Of a DNA stretch of 64,000 nt, positions 7,452 to 17,382 are shown piece by piece. The translations under genes were made by a program, and so were the position numbers. Location: NCBI GenBank assembly GCA_965369865.1, contig CBDURU010000004.1, forward strand, positions 1 to 64,000, read 5' to 3'. Source of the stretch: an uncultured bacterium (GTDB taxonomy: Bacteria; JAJVIF01; JAPKYR01). Numbering within the stretch: the first letter of the stretch is position 1; each line of letters opens with the position of its first letter. The notes under the pieces were generated by a model. It worked only from the letters and a program-made list of their open reading frames with translations. It had not been told where the DNA came from and ran no database searches.

Positions 7452-10403
7452 ATGACAACAATAAAATCCCGGAGTCATTGGGTACTCCAGACTGGTATCG
7501 TCTCGATACTGGTCCTGCTCCTCTGCGGATGCTCCGGATCTGGGAAGCATGGTGATCCTATAACCCCTGCTGATCCAGGCTCGGATCAAAATATCGGACT
7601 GTCGGATGGGATTCCAAATCCAGGCAACCGGTACACGCTGGGTGTCTGGGATTTTCATGTCGATCCGGCAACCCAGACAGTAACCGGGTCTCGAAGGCGT
7701 AATGCGGACATGCATCTCAACATTGTCAGGCTCCTGGAGGAACAGTGCAGCGACTGCCTGAGGTTTGACAATTTCGATTTTTCAACGCCGGGTCAGTTAG
7801 ATGTGGATATGACAATTAAACACCCTTTTGAAGGCAACCTGGCTCTGACAATATTCGATGTCCGGGGCATTTTTATAACTGATGATCATGAGGACCCATT
7901 CATCAGATTTGCGTGGGGTGATGATTTACCTGTCCTTGTAAATCCCGATGGGTATACCTATCTTTTTAGTGAACAGAAATATCCATATAACCCGGATGAA
8001 CCATCAATGCTGAATTATTATCCGGGCGTTTTTACCTTCGGGGAAGAGCGATCCGCAAAATTAAATGCTTTTTTAGCATATGGAAAAGATAGTCCGAGAA
8101 GGATGTTCCTTCCGGGAACAGAGGAAACCCGAACTTTACAGATCGCGCTTCCTGGCATTCCATTTGATTTCGGATACGTAATAGATGTTTGCTGGGCTCT
8201 TCCGGATGCTGATCCTGTTGTTGATCCTGTGGATGATTTCCCCATTACCGCTAACTGCAATGAAGCATACAAACTTAATATCACTATTGGAGATGGTCTA
8301 ACAACAGCTCCTGGAAGTAAAGCGATAATCGAGGTAGAAATATTCGATCATCAGGGGCATGAAACCATAAGTTATTATTATAATTCTGATCATGATATAT
8401 TCATACCCCAGATAACTGGCCGGTTAATGCTTCCAGATGGCCCAGATATCTGGTACGCCTCACCAGGCATTGTTGATGAAAATCAATTTGAATTTTCTAA
8501 AGCAACCGGTGAAGACAGTTTTCAATTTACAGCTATAATTGAACAAGAGCTACAGTTATCGATTGAGGAAGGTCTTTACCCACTTGAAATTTATGTTTAT
8601 GATACGGTTGAAGATCCAAATCTTGGGTTCCACACAGCATCTAATGTAATTCCGGTATTTATTCCTGGGGGTGTCGACGCGCTACCGGTTGCCGAGGCAC
8701 TGGCGTATCCTGTCCCGCAGACAGTCGGGAAACCTGTTCAGTTTCGCAATAACGGTTCATACGATCCTGATGGCGGTGTAATTACGAAATTTGAGTGGGA
8801 CTGGGATATGGACGGGACGTTCGATGACGAGGGCAATCCGCTAAACCACATATTCGATACCCCTGGTCTCATCTACGTAAACCTTCGTGTAACCGACAAC
8901 GAGGGGTCGTCCCGAACGCTCTTTGAGCCTCTGGAAGTGATGATTAAGGAAGGCGAGGGCTGGGCGCGCACGTGGGGGGGTAGTTTTTCTGACTCTGCAT
9001 GGAATGTAGCTGTGGATAATGAAGGGAATATTTATGTGGTGGGTTATTATACAGCAACAACAGATTTTGATCCAAGTCCGTTTTTGGAAGCAATCAGGCA
9101 AAACTATGGTGAGGATAGCTCTGGATTTATCAGTAAATTTGGCAGAGATGGCCAATTCAAATGGGTACGAACAATGGGCGGATCTTACCAGGCATGGCCA
9201 CATTCACCCATTATAGGTGACAATGGCAACCTTTATTTAGTGGGTAAATTTTGGCCTACGTTGACTTTTGAGGGAGATCCAACACAGACTGAATATTTTT
9301 CCGGAAACGGAGGTGATGCTTTCCTGTGCTCTTACGGTAAGGCAGGTGAGTTCCAGTGGGCGATAACATGGGGAGGGGAAGGAAGTTTTTCAAATAGCGC
9401 AAATTGTCTTGATGGGGCTGGAAATATCTACATTGGAGGGACTTTTAGGGGAACCATCGACTTCGATCCTGGTCCTGGGATCGAGTTACATACAGCATCT
9501 AATGAACTTGATGCATACATTGAAAAACTAAGCCCCACGGGTGATTTTATCTGGGTAAGGACATGGGGATCAGAACCAACGGACCCACCTTCATCCTACT
9601 TAACAAGCCAGGTATATGAGATCGCAACTGATTCCAGTGATGCTGTGTATTGTACTGGTTACTTTAACGGGATTGTAGATTTTGATCCCGGCCCGGAAAC
9701 TGATTTCCATACAGCGACTGGCTTTCCCACGAATTTTAGAGAAGATGTCTTTCTGAGCAAGTTCACCAGCGATGGTGAATATCAATGGGTGAGAACGTGG
9801 GGAAACACCAAAGAGGACGAAGGATATGGGGTGGCTATAGATAGTAAAGATAATATTAGTGTTATTGGTTTTTTTCACAACACTGTGGACTTCGATCCCG
9901 GTCCGGGAGAATTTGAACTAACCTCAGCTTACTCTTATGGGACCTATAGCCCATTTATGAGCAGGTTTAATACTGAAGGTGATTTTATATGGGCTTTAAC
10001 CTGGGATGCCGGGGTGGACTGGCACTGGAGAGGATTATCAATCGCTCTTGATGCATGGGACAATATATTTGTTACAGGTATGTTTTGGCCAAGTGCTGAT
10101 TTCGACCCGGGACCCGGGATTGATGAGAGAACATCAAATGGTGGGAGGGATTATTACCTGAGTAAATTCAATGCTGACGGTGAGTTTTTATGGGTAGGGA
10201 CATGGGGAGGGCCAAGTTCGGAATACAATGGGCACGGGGTTGCTGTAGACTCACTTGGCTATGCAAGTGTTGTAGGTGGATTCCATAGTACTGCTGATTT
10301 CGACCCAGGTCCAGGTGAAGACTTACATTCGGTATACGAATATACCATTGGTGGAGCCGGTGATACATTCCTAACCAGGTTCCCCCCGGATGGCAATTGG
10401 TGA
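7452..10403 (+). CDS. Large lipoprotein with a PKD domain and C-terminal beta-propeller (SBBP-like) repeats
   Basis: Lipobox LLCGC; SYDPDGG...FEWDWD.DG.FD...LRVTDNEG PKD signature; repeated DFDPGPG...FLSKF..DG.F.W..TWG units; start taken at the ATG at 7452. Confidence 0.8.
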   Translation: MTTIKSRSHWVLQTGIVSILVLLLCGCSGSGKHGDPITPADPGSDQNIGLSDGIPNPGNRYTLGVWDFHVDPATQTVTGSRRRNADMHLNIVRLLEEQCSDCLRFDNFDFSTPGQLDVDMTIKHPFEGNLALTIFDVRGIFITDDHEDPFIRFAWGDDLPVLVNPDGYTYLFSEQKYPYNPDEPSMLNYYPGVFTFGEERSAKLNAFLAYGKDSPRRMFLPGTEETRTLQIALPGIPFDFGYVIDVCWALPDADPVVDPVDDFPITANCNEAYKLNITIGDGLTTAPGSKAIIEVEIFDHQGHETISYYYNSDHDIFIPQITGRLMLPDGPDIWYASPGIVDENQFEFSKATGEDSFQFTAIIEQELQLSIEEGLYPLEIYVYDTVEDPNLGFHTASNVIPVFIPGGVDALPVAEALAYPVPQTVGKPVQFRNNGSYDPDGGVITKFEWDWDMDGTFDDEGNPLNHIFDTPGLIYVNLRVTDNEGSSRTLFEPLEVMIKEGEGWARTWGGSFSDSAWNVAVDNEGNIYVVGYYTATTDFDPSPFLEAIRQNYGEDSSGFISKFGRDGQFKWVRTMGGSYQAWPHSPIIGDNGNLYLVGKFWPTLTFEGDPTQTEYFSGNGGDAFLCSYGKAGEFQWAITWGGEGSFSNSANCLDGAGNIYIGGTFRGTIDFDPGPGIELHTASNELDAYIEKLSPTGDFIWVRTWGSEPTDPPSSYLTSQVYEIATDSSDAVYCTGYFNGIVDFDPGPETDFHTATGFPTNFREDVFLSKFTSDGEYQWVRTWGNTKEDEGYGVAIDSKDNISVIGFFHNTVDFDPGPGEFELTSAYSYGTYSPFMSRFNTEGDFIWALTWDAGVDWHWRGLSIALDAWDNIFVTGMFWPSADFDPGPGIDERTSNGGRDYYLSKFNADGEFLWVGTWGGPSSEYNGHGVAVDSLGYASVVGGFHSTADFDPGPGEDLHSVYEYTIGGAGDTFLTRFPPDGNW

Positions 10404-10482
10404 GGGAATGGCAGTAGTCCCCCCTGTACAGGCCAGGAACATCCTAAAATAAAAAAATACGTCGATTGTATGCGGGGTAGTT

Positions 10483-10642
10483 ATACCAATCTTAGATTCA
10501 GGGACGCCTTTCCATGCTTCCAGCGTTGAAGGTGTCCCGTGTAACTAAGAATTCATGGGGACACTTTCAACGCTGGAAGCATGGAAAAGCGTCCCCATGA
10601 ATTCTGGAAGCATGAAAAAGCGTCCCCATGAATTCAAAGCGT
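10483..10642. repeat. Composite palindromic repeat (GGGAC...GTCCC family), long form
   Basis: 10501-10538 is a near-perfect inverted repeat of 10558-10595; 10573-10604 repeats directly at 10604-10635; the ends match 46614-46659. Confidence 0.85.
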
Positions 10643-10643
10643 C

Positions 10644-11303
10644 TTATATATTCTGCTCAAATGCGGGGTTAAGAATGTAAAGCGCCTGCTCTACTGCCGC
10701 CTTAATATCCTCTGCTTCGCTAATCATGCTGACCGTCGCGATTCTCAGTGGTTTGATTACTCCCGCGAGGTCTTCGAGGTCTGAAAATTTGACACCCCCG
10801 AGGAAAAAAACAGGGACTTTAATCTTACCAAGGATATCCTTCGCGCCTTCGATCCCATGAGGTTCGTGCGGGGAATCCTTGTGGGAAAGCATGAACAGGG
10901 GGCTGTAGATAATGAAATCCGCTCCCATCCACGTTGCGGAAATTGCTTCCTCGACATTATGCGCTGAAAATCCGATAAGGAGGTCCATTCCCATGTGTTC
11001 CCTGACAACCTCTACCGGCAGATTGTTCACCCCGAGTTGAATCCCGTCCGCCCTGACAAGCGAAGCGATATCGAGCCGGTCGTTTACGATCAGTCCCGCT
11101 CCAACGTCATCACAAAGCTCCCTGACCTTAAGGCATTCGGTGTAAAAGTCTGCATCGTTCAGGTCCGGTTCGCGGTATTGAATCCACCTGCAGCCTCCAC
11201 GCAGGACGTCGGCAATGACCGAGAGATTATCACGCCCTTTGGAACGGTGCCGATCGGTGATAAACATAAGGGGATGCTCTCGGATAGATAGTGCTGGGAC
11301 CAA
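10644..11303 (-). CDS. Thiamine-phosphate synthase / TenI-like protein, divergent
   Basis: GCRWIQYRE, LIVNDRLDIA...ADGIQLG, GFSAHNVEEA, GADFI and PVFFLGGV motifs of the ThiE fold. Confidence 0.8.
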   Translation of the reverse strand: MVPALSIREHPLMFITDRHRSKGRDNLSVIADVLRGGCRWIQYREPDLNDADFYTECLKVRELCDDVGAGLIVNDRLDIASLVRADGIQLGVNNLPVEVVREHMGMDLLIGFSAHNVEEAISATWMGADFIIYSPLFMLSHKDSPHEPHGIEGAKDILGKIKVPVFFLGGVKFSDLEDLAGVIKPLRIATVSMISEAEDIKAAVEQALYILNPAFEQNI

Positions 11304-11402
11304 CGCTTCATCCTTTTTGGCGGAAATTTATCCCCGTTTACTTCCGCGTTTTAAATGAATCGATACTGGTAGCGGAAAAATTACTTAAAGAATGTTACCA
11401 GC

Positions 11403-11591
11403 CTATTTCTCCGTTATTTCAATTTCAAACTGCTTCTCTTCAAGATTCAGAAAAATCGAGAGTGCGTCCTTTGCGTTGGTGATCACTTCTTCCTTAGTGT
11501 CACCGTACGCGAAAAACCCGGGTGAATCAGGTGAGGTGGCCCACCAGTTATTTTCCAGGCTTTTTTCTATCATTACTTGTACTTTTTTCAT
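11403..11591 (-). CDS. HicB-family antitoxin-like small protein, no HicA nearby
   Basis: 62 aa; WATSPDSPGFFAYGDTKEEVITNAKDAL matches the HicB pattern; ATGA overlap with the ugd stop. Confidence 0.75.
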   Translation of the reverse strand: MKKVQVMIEKSLENNWWATSPDSPGFFAYGDTKEEVITNAKDALSIFLNLEEKQFEIEITEK

Positions 11592-12949
11592 CTGCCAACT
11601 CCAATTAATTTAAGACTTGCAGCTTCGAGTTTATCCCGATCGAGGCTGTTACGCCCATCGAAAATCACATTTCCATTCATAAGAGCAGCGATTTTATTCC
11701 AGTCGAGATCCATGAATTCGGGCCACTCGGTCACCAGGATGATAGCATCGGCATCCCGCGCGACCTCGTAGGGATCATCGAAATATTCACAGGAACTGAA
11801 CAGGTCCCTTGCGTTTGCGATTGCCTTTGGATCGGTTGCCCTCAGCCTGGCTCCGTCACGTTTCAGCTCACGCATCAGGTCGATTGCAGGGGCCTCTCTA
11901 ATATCATCGGTGCCGGGTTTGAAAGCGAGACCAAGAATTCCCAATGTTTTGCCGGATAAAGGTTCCAGTTTTCTGCGGATTTTCGCCAGGAACCGGTATC
12001 GCTGGATTCTGTTGACTTCTATGACGGCATTTAAAAGTGTAAAAGTGTAACCGCGGCTTCCCGCATGCTGGTGAAGCGCTTTAGTGTCCTTGGGGAAACA
12101 TGACCCGCCAAAACCGATCCCGGCCCTGAGAAACTGGGATCCGATCCGGGTATCAAGCCCGATTCCCCTGGCGACATCCCCGATATCCGCACCCACTTCC
12201 TCGCAAACATTTGCTATTTCGTTAATGAAACTGATTTTTGTCGCGAGGAACGCGTTGGATGCGTACTTTATCATCTCGGCCGACCTGGGTTTGGTTCTAA
12301 CTACTGGAACCGGATGGTGAAAATCGTGTGGGCGGGCGGGCCGTGGAGGTTCAGGTTCGAAATCCTGTTGAATCAGTTTTGCATACAGTTCATCAAGGAC
12401 ATTAAAAACGGTTTCATCGTCCGCACCGATAACAATCCGGTCCGGATAGAATGTATCTTGGATCGCCTGGCCTTCACGGAGGAATTCCGGATTGGACGCC
12501 ATCAGGAACGGTCCGGTAACCCTGGCTGAGAGACGCTCATGCAGGTAGTCCATCGTTCCCGACGGTACGGTGGATTTAATAACGACAACGGGAACACCGG
12601 CATCGGGATTACGGGATTTCAGGGATTCAGCAACCGATTCGATCGCTCCCTCAAGTTGCGAAAGATCGATCTGCCATGTCTCATTTGTAGGCGTGCCGAC
12701 AGTAAGAAATATTACTTCCGCGTCCCTGCACCCCTCGTTACATTCACCGGTGAATGACAGCCGTCCGGCGGAGATGTTTTCACTCAGCATCTCCTGCATG
12801 GATGCCTCGTAAATAGGACACTGGCCGTTCTTGAGTTTTGAGAGTTTGTCAGGATCGATCTCGACGCCTATTATCTCGTGCCCGAGATCGGCAAGTACGA
12901 CACTGGTTGCGAGACCGACATATCCGCATCCGATTACGGCAACTTTCAT
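11588..12949 (-). CDS. ugd: UDP-glucose 6-dehydrogenase
   Basis: GCGYVG Rossmann motif; KSTVP, NPEFLREG, GFGGSCFPKD (catalytic Cys) and GLAFKPGTDD. Confidence 0.93.
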   Translation of the reverse strand: MKVAVIGCGYVGLATSVVLADLGHEIIGVEIDPDKLSKLKNGQCPIYEASMQEMLSENISAGRLSFTGECNEGCRDAEVIFLTVGTPTNETWQIDLSQLEGAIESVAESLKSRNPDAGVPVVVIKSTVPSGTMDYLHERLSARVTGPFLMASNPEFLREGQAIQDTFYPDRIVIGADDETVFNVLDELYAKLIQQDFEPEPPRPARPHDFHHPVPVVRTKPRSAEMIKYASNAFLATKISFINEIANVCEEVGADIGDVARGIGLDTRIGSQFLRAGIGFGGSCFPKDTKALHQHAGSRGYTFTLLNAVIEVNRIQRYRFLAKIRRKLEPLSGKTLGILGLAFKPGTDDIREAPAIDLMRELKRDGARLRATDPKAIANARDLFSSCEYFDDPYEVARDADAIILVTEWPEFMDLDWNKIAALMNGNVIFDGRNSLDRDKLEAASLKLIGVGR

Positions 12950-12955
12950 TCATGG

Positions 12956-12964
12956 ATTGTAGCA
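12956..12964 (-). promoter_or_regulatory. Putative extended -10 promoter for a leaderless ugd transcript
   Basis: Minus strand TGC-TACAAT, then 6 nt, then the ATG; no Shine-Dalgarno. Confidence 0.45.
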
Positions 12965-13026
12965 TTGCAGAGGGACATGGGGGAAGATTAATGTTGATGT
13001 AATTAAAAAATGGGGGAAAAATGAAT

Positions 13027-14601
13027 TTAGTGGCCAAGGTCTGCCAGGTTGAAGCCGGGATGTTTCCATCCAAGGATATCAAGTTTTTCCGAATCGATAT
13101 CGCCGGTTTCCAGCATGTTTTTAAGTAAGTTGCTTGACCTGATATGTTCCGCGAGCCTGGTTGAAGCGTAACCGGTTTGTGTTCCGGTGTGCATGATAAA
13201 CGGCCAGTCGGAGCTTTCGAGAAACAGAAGCTCCCTTTCAAACTGGATGAGCGCCTTTTTGATCTCAGGATCGGCGGTGTCCCTGTGCTTATCCTTGAGT
13301 TTTCGAAGGTGGCGATTTAGCCCGTAAATGTGAGGGTAGACCCATTCCGCCTGGTCCGATCCCCAAACCTCGCCGTAACCGCCGTCGCCCCATGATGAGT
13401 GGGCGGGTATACCCTTACGTGTTTCCCCGCCAGCCCTGATATAATCGGATCCGGTGCAGGCAGCCACATCCTCAAGGTTATTGATCTCCCTGAAGACTTC
13501 GCCGAGCCAGTGGATTCCCTCGAACCACCAGTGCCCGAAGAGTTCAGCGTCATATGGGCAGACGATCAGCGGGGTTTTCATACCACATTCGCCAAGCCAC
13601 CACAATCGACCCTTTATCCGGTTGGCGAAATCATACGCGTGGTCGTGCGCGATCGCTTTTGCTTTCTCGAAGTCATATGGTTCCTTGTGCTCGGTTTCGC
13701 CGGTAATCCGGTGATACTTGATCCCGGTGAAAGTGTGCGCGACCGCGGGCGGCAGGTAGGGTCTGACGATATCAGCGGGAAGGTCGAAGCCGACGTCACG
13801 ATAGAAATCACGGTACCAGTAGTGGCCTGGATACCCTTCCTCGGCACTCCATACGGCTTTGGATGTCTCGCGGTCGCGTCCGAACGCAACCGGTCCGGCG
13901 GGGGTTACCAGAGGCATATGCACTTCGTCATGCGAGGGGGTTACTCCGGGAGAAGCAAGTTCAATTCCGTGGGATTCAACGAAGGTAAATTCTATTCCTT
14001 CATTTGCCAGGATATTTTCTAATCCGGGAATGAAACCGCACTCCGGGAGCCAGATACCGCGGGGTCGACGACCGAGGATCCTTTCGTGGACCCTGCATCC
14101 GACAGCCACCTGGCGTTCGACCGATCCGGGTGACATCATGAGGTGCGGAAGGAACCCGTGGGTTGCCGAGCAGGTAATGATCTCGATCTGTCCCGTGGAT
14201 TCCAATGCCTTGAATGCGCGAATTAATCCGCCATGGCCATCGAGCACATCCCGTATCGCACTAAATCGTTCGCGATACATCTTTACAAGGGGACGGAACG
14301 GGTCGTTGAGGTTCGAGTGGCGTTCCGCTTCTTCATCGAGGAGTTTAAGCCGCGACTCGACATAGCGGATCGTGCGGTCGTGAAGAAGCTTATCCTCAAG
14401 CATAAGGAGAAGAGTGGGCGAGAGAGTCAAAGTCAGGCGTACGGGAATATTGTCGCGTCTCAGTTCCTCAAGGGTGATAACCAGAGGCACGTAAGTTTCG
14501 CATACAGCCTCGAACAGCCATTGTTCCTCCAGGAAATTATTCCACTCGGGATGGCGTACGTAGGGAAGGTGTGCGTGCAACGCTAGTAAAATCGATTTCA
14601 T
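13027..14601 (-). CDS. GH57 family 1,4-alpha-glucan branching enzyme (DUF1957 C-terminus)
   Basis: LHAHLPYVRH, WLPEC (nucleophile Glu), PYDAELFGHWWFEG (acid/base Asp) and SSDWPF. Confidence 0.92.
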   Translation of the reverse strand: MKSILLALHAHLPYVRHPEWNNFLEEQWLFEAVCETYVPLVITLEELRRDNIPVRLTLTLSPTLLLMLEDKLLHDRTIRYVESRLKLLDEEAERHSNLNDPFRPLVKMYRERFSAIRDVLDGHGGLIRAFKALESTGQIEIITCSATHGFLPHLMMSPGSVERQVAVGCRVHERILGRRPRGIWLPECGFIPGLENILANEGIEFTFVESHGIELASPGVTPSHDEVHMPLVTPAGPVAFGRDRETSKAVWSAEEGYPGHYWYRDFYRDVGFDLPADIVRPYLPPAVAHTFTGIKYHRITGETEHKEPYDFEKAKAIAHDHAYDFANRIKGRLWWLGECGMKTPLIVCPYDAELFGHWWFEGIHWLGEVFREINNLEDVAACTGSDYIRAGGETRKGIPAHSSWGDGGYGEVWGSDQAEWVYPHIYGLNRHLRKLKDKHRDTADPEIKKALIQFERELLFLESSDWPFIMHTGTQTGYASTRLAEHIRSSNLLKNMLETGDIDSEKLDILGWKHPGFNLADLGH

Positions 14602-14603
14602 AA

Positions 14604-16088
14604 TTATTGCCGGATCATCGAATTATACAGTTTTAAATATTTTTTAGCCTGGGAAGGCCAACTGAAGTCTTTCTTCATACCTGTAATCATAAGTTCTTTC
14701 CAGGCGTCGGGATCGTTGCGGAACATCTGAGCGGCTTTCTTGATTGCGTTGATTACGCTGTTACCGCTGAATGCTTTCATAACGAACCCGGTCGCCTTGC
14801 CGGCTTTCAGTTTTGCCGATGTTGCATTTTCAACGGTGTCCTTGAGTCCGCCGGTCGATGAGACGATCGGGACTGTGCCGTACCTCAGGCTGTAAAGCTG
14901 GTTAAGGCCGCACGGCTCATACCTTGAGGGCATGAGGAAAATATCGCTCCCGGCCTCAATTTTGTGCGCAAGCTCGTTTGAGAATGCGAGATTTACTGAA
15001 ATATGCTCCGGATATTTCTTCGCGGCTTCCGAAAGCAACTGGTGGTACCTTTCATCGCCCGTGCCGAGAATAACCATCTGGCAGTCGAGTTTTACGATTT
15101 TTTTAAGCGTTTCCAGTACGAGTTCAAAACCCTTCTGCTCCGCGAGCCTGGAGATCATGCCGATCAACGGACCCCGGCCGTCGGGAAGCCCGACTTCGTC
15201 TCGCAAGGCTTTCCGGCATTTCCATTTCCCGCTGAGATTTTTATGTGAATATTTCTCTGGTATGAAATTATCTTTTGACGGGTCCCATATATTGTAATCG
15301 ACACCGTTGAGCAGGCCCGAGAGTTTATCCGCCCTCGATTTCAGGACACCATCGAGGCCCGCACCGAATTCGGCTGTCTGGATTTCCTTTGAATATGTCG
15401 GGCTGACCGTTGTAATGTGGTCGGCGAAAATAATTCCGCCTTTCAACAAGTTGAACTGTCCGAAATATTCAAGTCCGTCGACTGAAAAGAGATCCCAGGG
15501 AAGGTCGAGCGCAGGATATTTATCCGCGGGAAAACGTCCCTGGTACCCTAGATTATGGATTGTAAGGACCGAACGGGTGTCTTTAAAAAACTTGTCGTCC
15601 CTGTAATGAGTTTTGAGGAAAATTACCGCACAGGCGGCTTGCCAGTCGTGGGCATGGAGAATATCGGGTTTGATTTCGAGTTTCTTGCATGCCTCAAGCC
15701 CGGCCTTCGCGAAAACACCGAACCTGGTGGCGTTGTCCTCGTAATCCGTGCCCCCTTCGGTGTAAAGCTCCTCACGATCGTAAGCGGACGGGTAATCGAT
15801 AAACAGCACCCGCATGCCCGATTCATGCTTCAATTCACGAACGCACGCTTCCCCGGTGTATCCGGGAAGGAAAAATGGAAGTGTTGAATCTTCGATAATT
15901 TCAGGCTCGTTTCCGGATTTCTCCGCCCATTCCATGACCTTCCGGTAGTAGGGAAGAAAAACTGTGACGTTATTGCCCAGGTTTGACAGCTCAACCGGTA
16001 ATGCGCCAATTACATCGGCGAGACCGCCGGTCTTACAGTATGGAACCATTTCACTGGCCATGAACACGATTTCAGATGTTCGAGGCAT
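14604..16088 (-). CDS. glgA: Glycogen synthase
   Basis: KTGGLADV, HAHDWQ, TIHNLGYQG and MPSRYEPCGLNQ. Confidence 0.96.
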   Translation of the reverse strand: MPRTSEIVFMASEMVPYCKTGGLADVIGALPVELSNLGNNVTVFLPYYRKVMEWAEKSGNEPEIIEDSTLPFFLPGYTGEACVRELKHESGMRVLFIDYPSAYDREELYTEGGTDYEDNATRFGVFAKAGLEACKKLEIKPDILHAHDWQAACAVIFLKTHYRDDKFFKDTRSVLTIHNLGYQGRFPADKYPALDLPWDLFSVDGLEYFGQFNLLKGGIIFADHITTVSPTYSKEIQTAEFGAGLDGVLKSRADKLSGLLNGVDYNIWDPSKDNFIPEKYSHKNLSGKWKCRKALRDEVGLPDGRGPLIGMISRLAEQKGFELVLETLKKIVKLDCQMVILGTGDERYHQLLSEAAKKYPEHISVNLAFSNELAHKIEAGSDIFLMPSRYEPCGLNQLYSLRYGTVPIVSSTGGLKDTVENATSAKLKAGKATGFVMKAFSGNSVINAIKKAAQMFRNDPDAWKELMITGMKKDFSWPSQAKKYLKLYNSMIRQ

Positions 16089-17379
16089 AAGGGGCTTCCT
16101 CCTCCTTTGGTGAATACGGACCCTCCAGCCGGATTACTTCCCCATCCGATGTTACATGGGTCCATTTTGGCACCACCACCCTGCCTTCCGGTGTGATGGT
16201 GAAATACTTTTTATCGAATTTGGAATCGTAGCCAATTTCAACACCATCATCGATGATGCAGCTTTTATCGATAATTGCGTTCCTGATTTTGACATGCTGG
16301 CGGATTTCGGTATCGTTAAAAATTATTGAATCCTCCACCTGGGCATAAGAGTGTACGAATACATTATGTCCCAGTACGCTGTCCAGTACCGATGCTCCTG
16401 AAATTATACTGCCCGAGGCTATAATGCTGTCGACAGCCTTTCCGAATCTGCCGCCTTTCTCGGCGAAAACGAATTTCGCAGGAGGGAAGGGTCTCATCAG
16501 GGTCCTGACAGGCCATTGGTAATTGTACAGGTTTATTGGCGGGTGCACCTGCCTGACTTCCATGTTGGCTTCGAAATAGCTGTCGATCGTACCGACATCG
16601 CGCCAGTATGTTTTTTCCCTCTCTCCCTCGCCGGGAATCCAGTTCAGTGAGTAATCATAAGCGAATACGCTTTCACCGCGAGCGACAAGATCGGGGATAA
16701 TATCCCGTCCGAAATCATGCGTCGAATTTTCGTTCTCCCTGTCGAGGAAAAGAGCGTGCCTGAGAGCCTGGGTTTCCCAGAAGTACGATCCCATGCTCAC
16801 GAGTGTCATATCGGGCCGTCCCGGCATGGGTTTAGGGTCGGCGGGTTTTTCTTCAAAGCCGATAATACGATTCTTTTCATCGACCTCCAAAACCCCGAAA
16901 CGTCCGGCCGCCTCCTCAATATCAACCGGGAGACATGCCACTGTCAGCGTGGCCTGGCGTTTCAGATGGAATCTGAACATCTCTGTTACATTCATTTTGT
17001 AAATATGGTCGCCGCCGAAAACAGCCACGTGCTCAGGATTGTGATCCCAGACCAGATGAAGATTTTGAAACACGGCATCGGCGGTTCCCTCATACCATCT
17101 CGAGCCGGTTCTCATCTGGGCCGGTACCGGGTCGACAAATTGTCCGAGAACTCCGCTAAGGTTCCAGCCCCGCGACAAATGCTGGTTCAGTGAATCGCTC
17201 ATGAACTGGGTGAGGACCTTGATATGGTAAAACCTGGAATTGATGAAATTTGAGAGAACGAAATCGATAATCCTGTAAGCTCCTCCGAAAGGAACGGCAG
17301 GCTTTGCGCGATCCTGGGTGAGAGGCATCAGCCGTTCACCGCGGCCACCCGCGAGAATCATCGCAAGTACTTCCAGCAT
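16072..17379 (-). CDS. glgC: Glucose-1-phosphate adenylyltransferase
   Basis: LAGGRGERL.PLT..RAKPAVPFGG.YR, GDHIYKM and YWRDVGT. Confidence 0.96.
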   Translation of the reverse strand: MLEVLAMILAGGRGERLMPLTQDRAKPAVPFGGAYRIIDFVLSNFINSRFYHIKVLTQFMSDSLNQHLSRGWNLSGVLGQFVDPVPAQMRTGSRWYEGTADAVFQNLHLVWDHNPEHVAVFGGDHIYKMNVTEMFRFHLKRQATLTVACLPVDIEEAAGRFGVLEVDEKNRIIGFEEKPADPKPMPGRPDMTLVSMGSYFWETQALRHALFLDRENENSTHDFGRDIIPDLVARGESVFAYDYSLNWIPGEGEREKTYWRDVGTIDSYFEANMEVRQVHPPINLYNYQWPVRTLMRPFPPAKFVFAEKGGRFGKAVDSIIASGSIISGASVLDSVLGHNVFVHSYAQVEDSIIFNDTEIRQHVKIRNAIIDKSCIIDDGVEIGYDSKFDKKYFTITPEGRVVVPKWTHVTSDGEVIRLEGPYSPKEEEAPYASNI

Positions 17380-17382
17380 TGT

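Noticed and set aside
9060..10320. Diversity-generating retroelement repeats in the DFDPGPG region
   Set aside because: The repeats are protein-level propeller units with general divergence, not adenine-specific TR/VR pairs, and no reverse transcriptase is present
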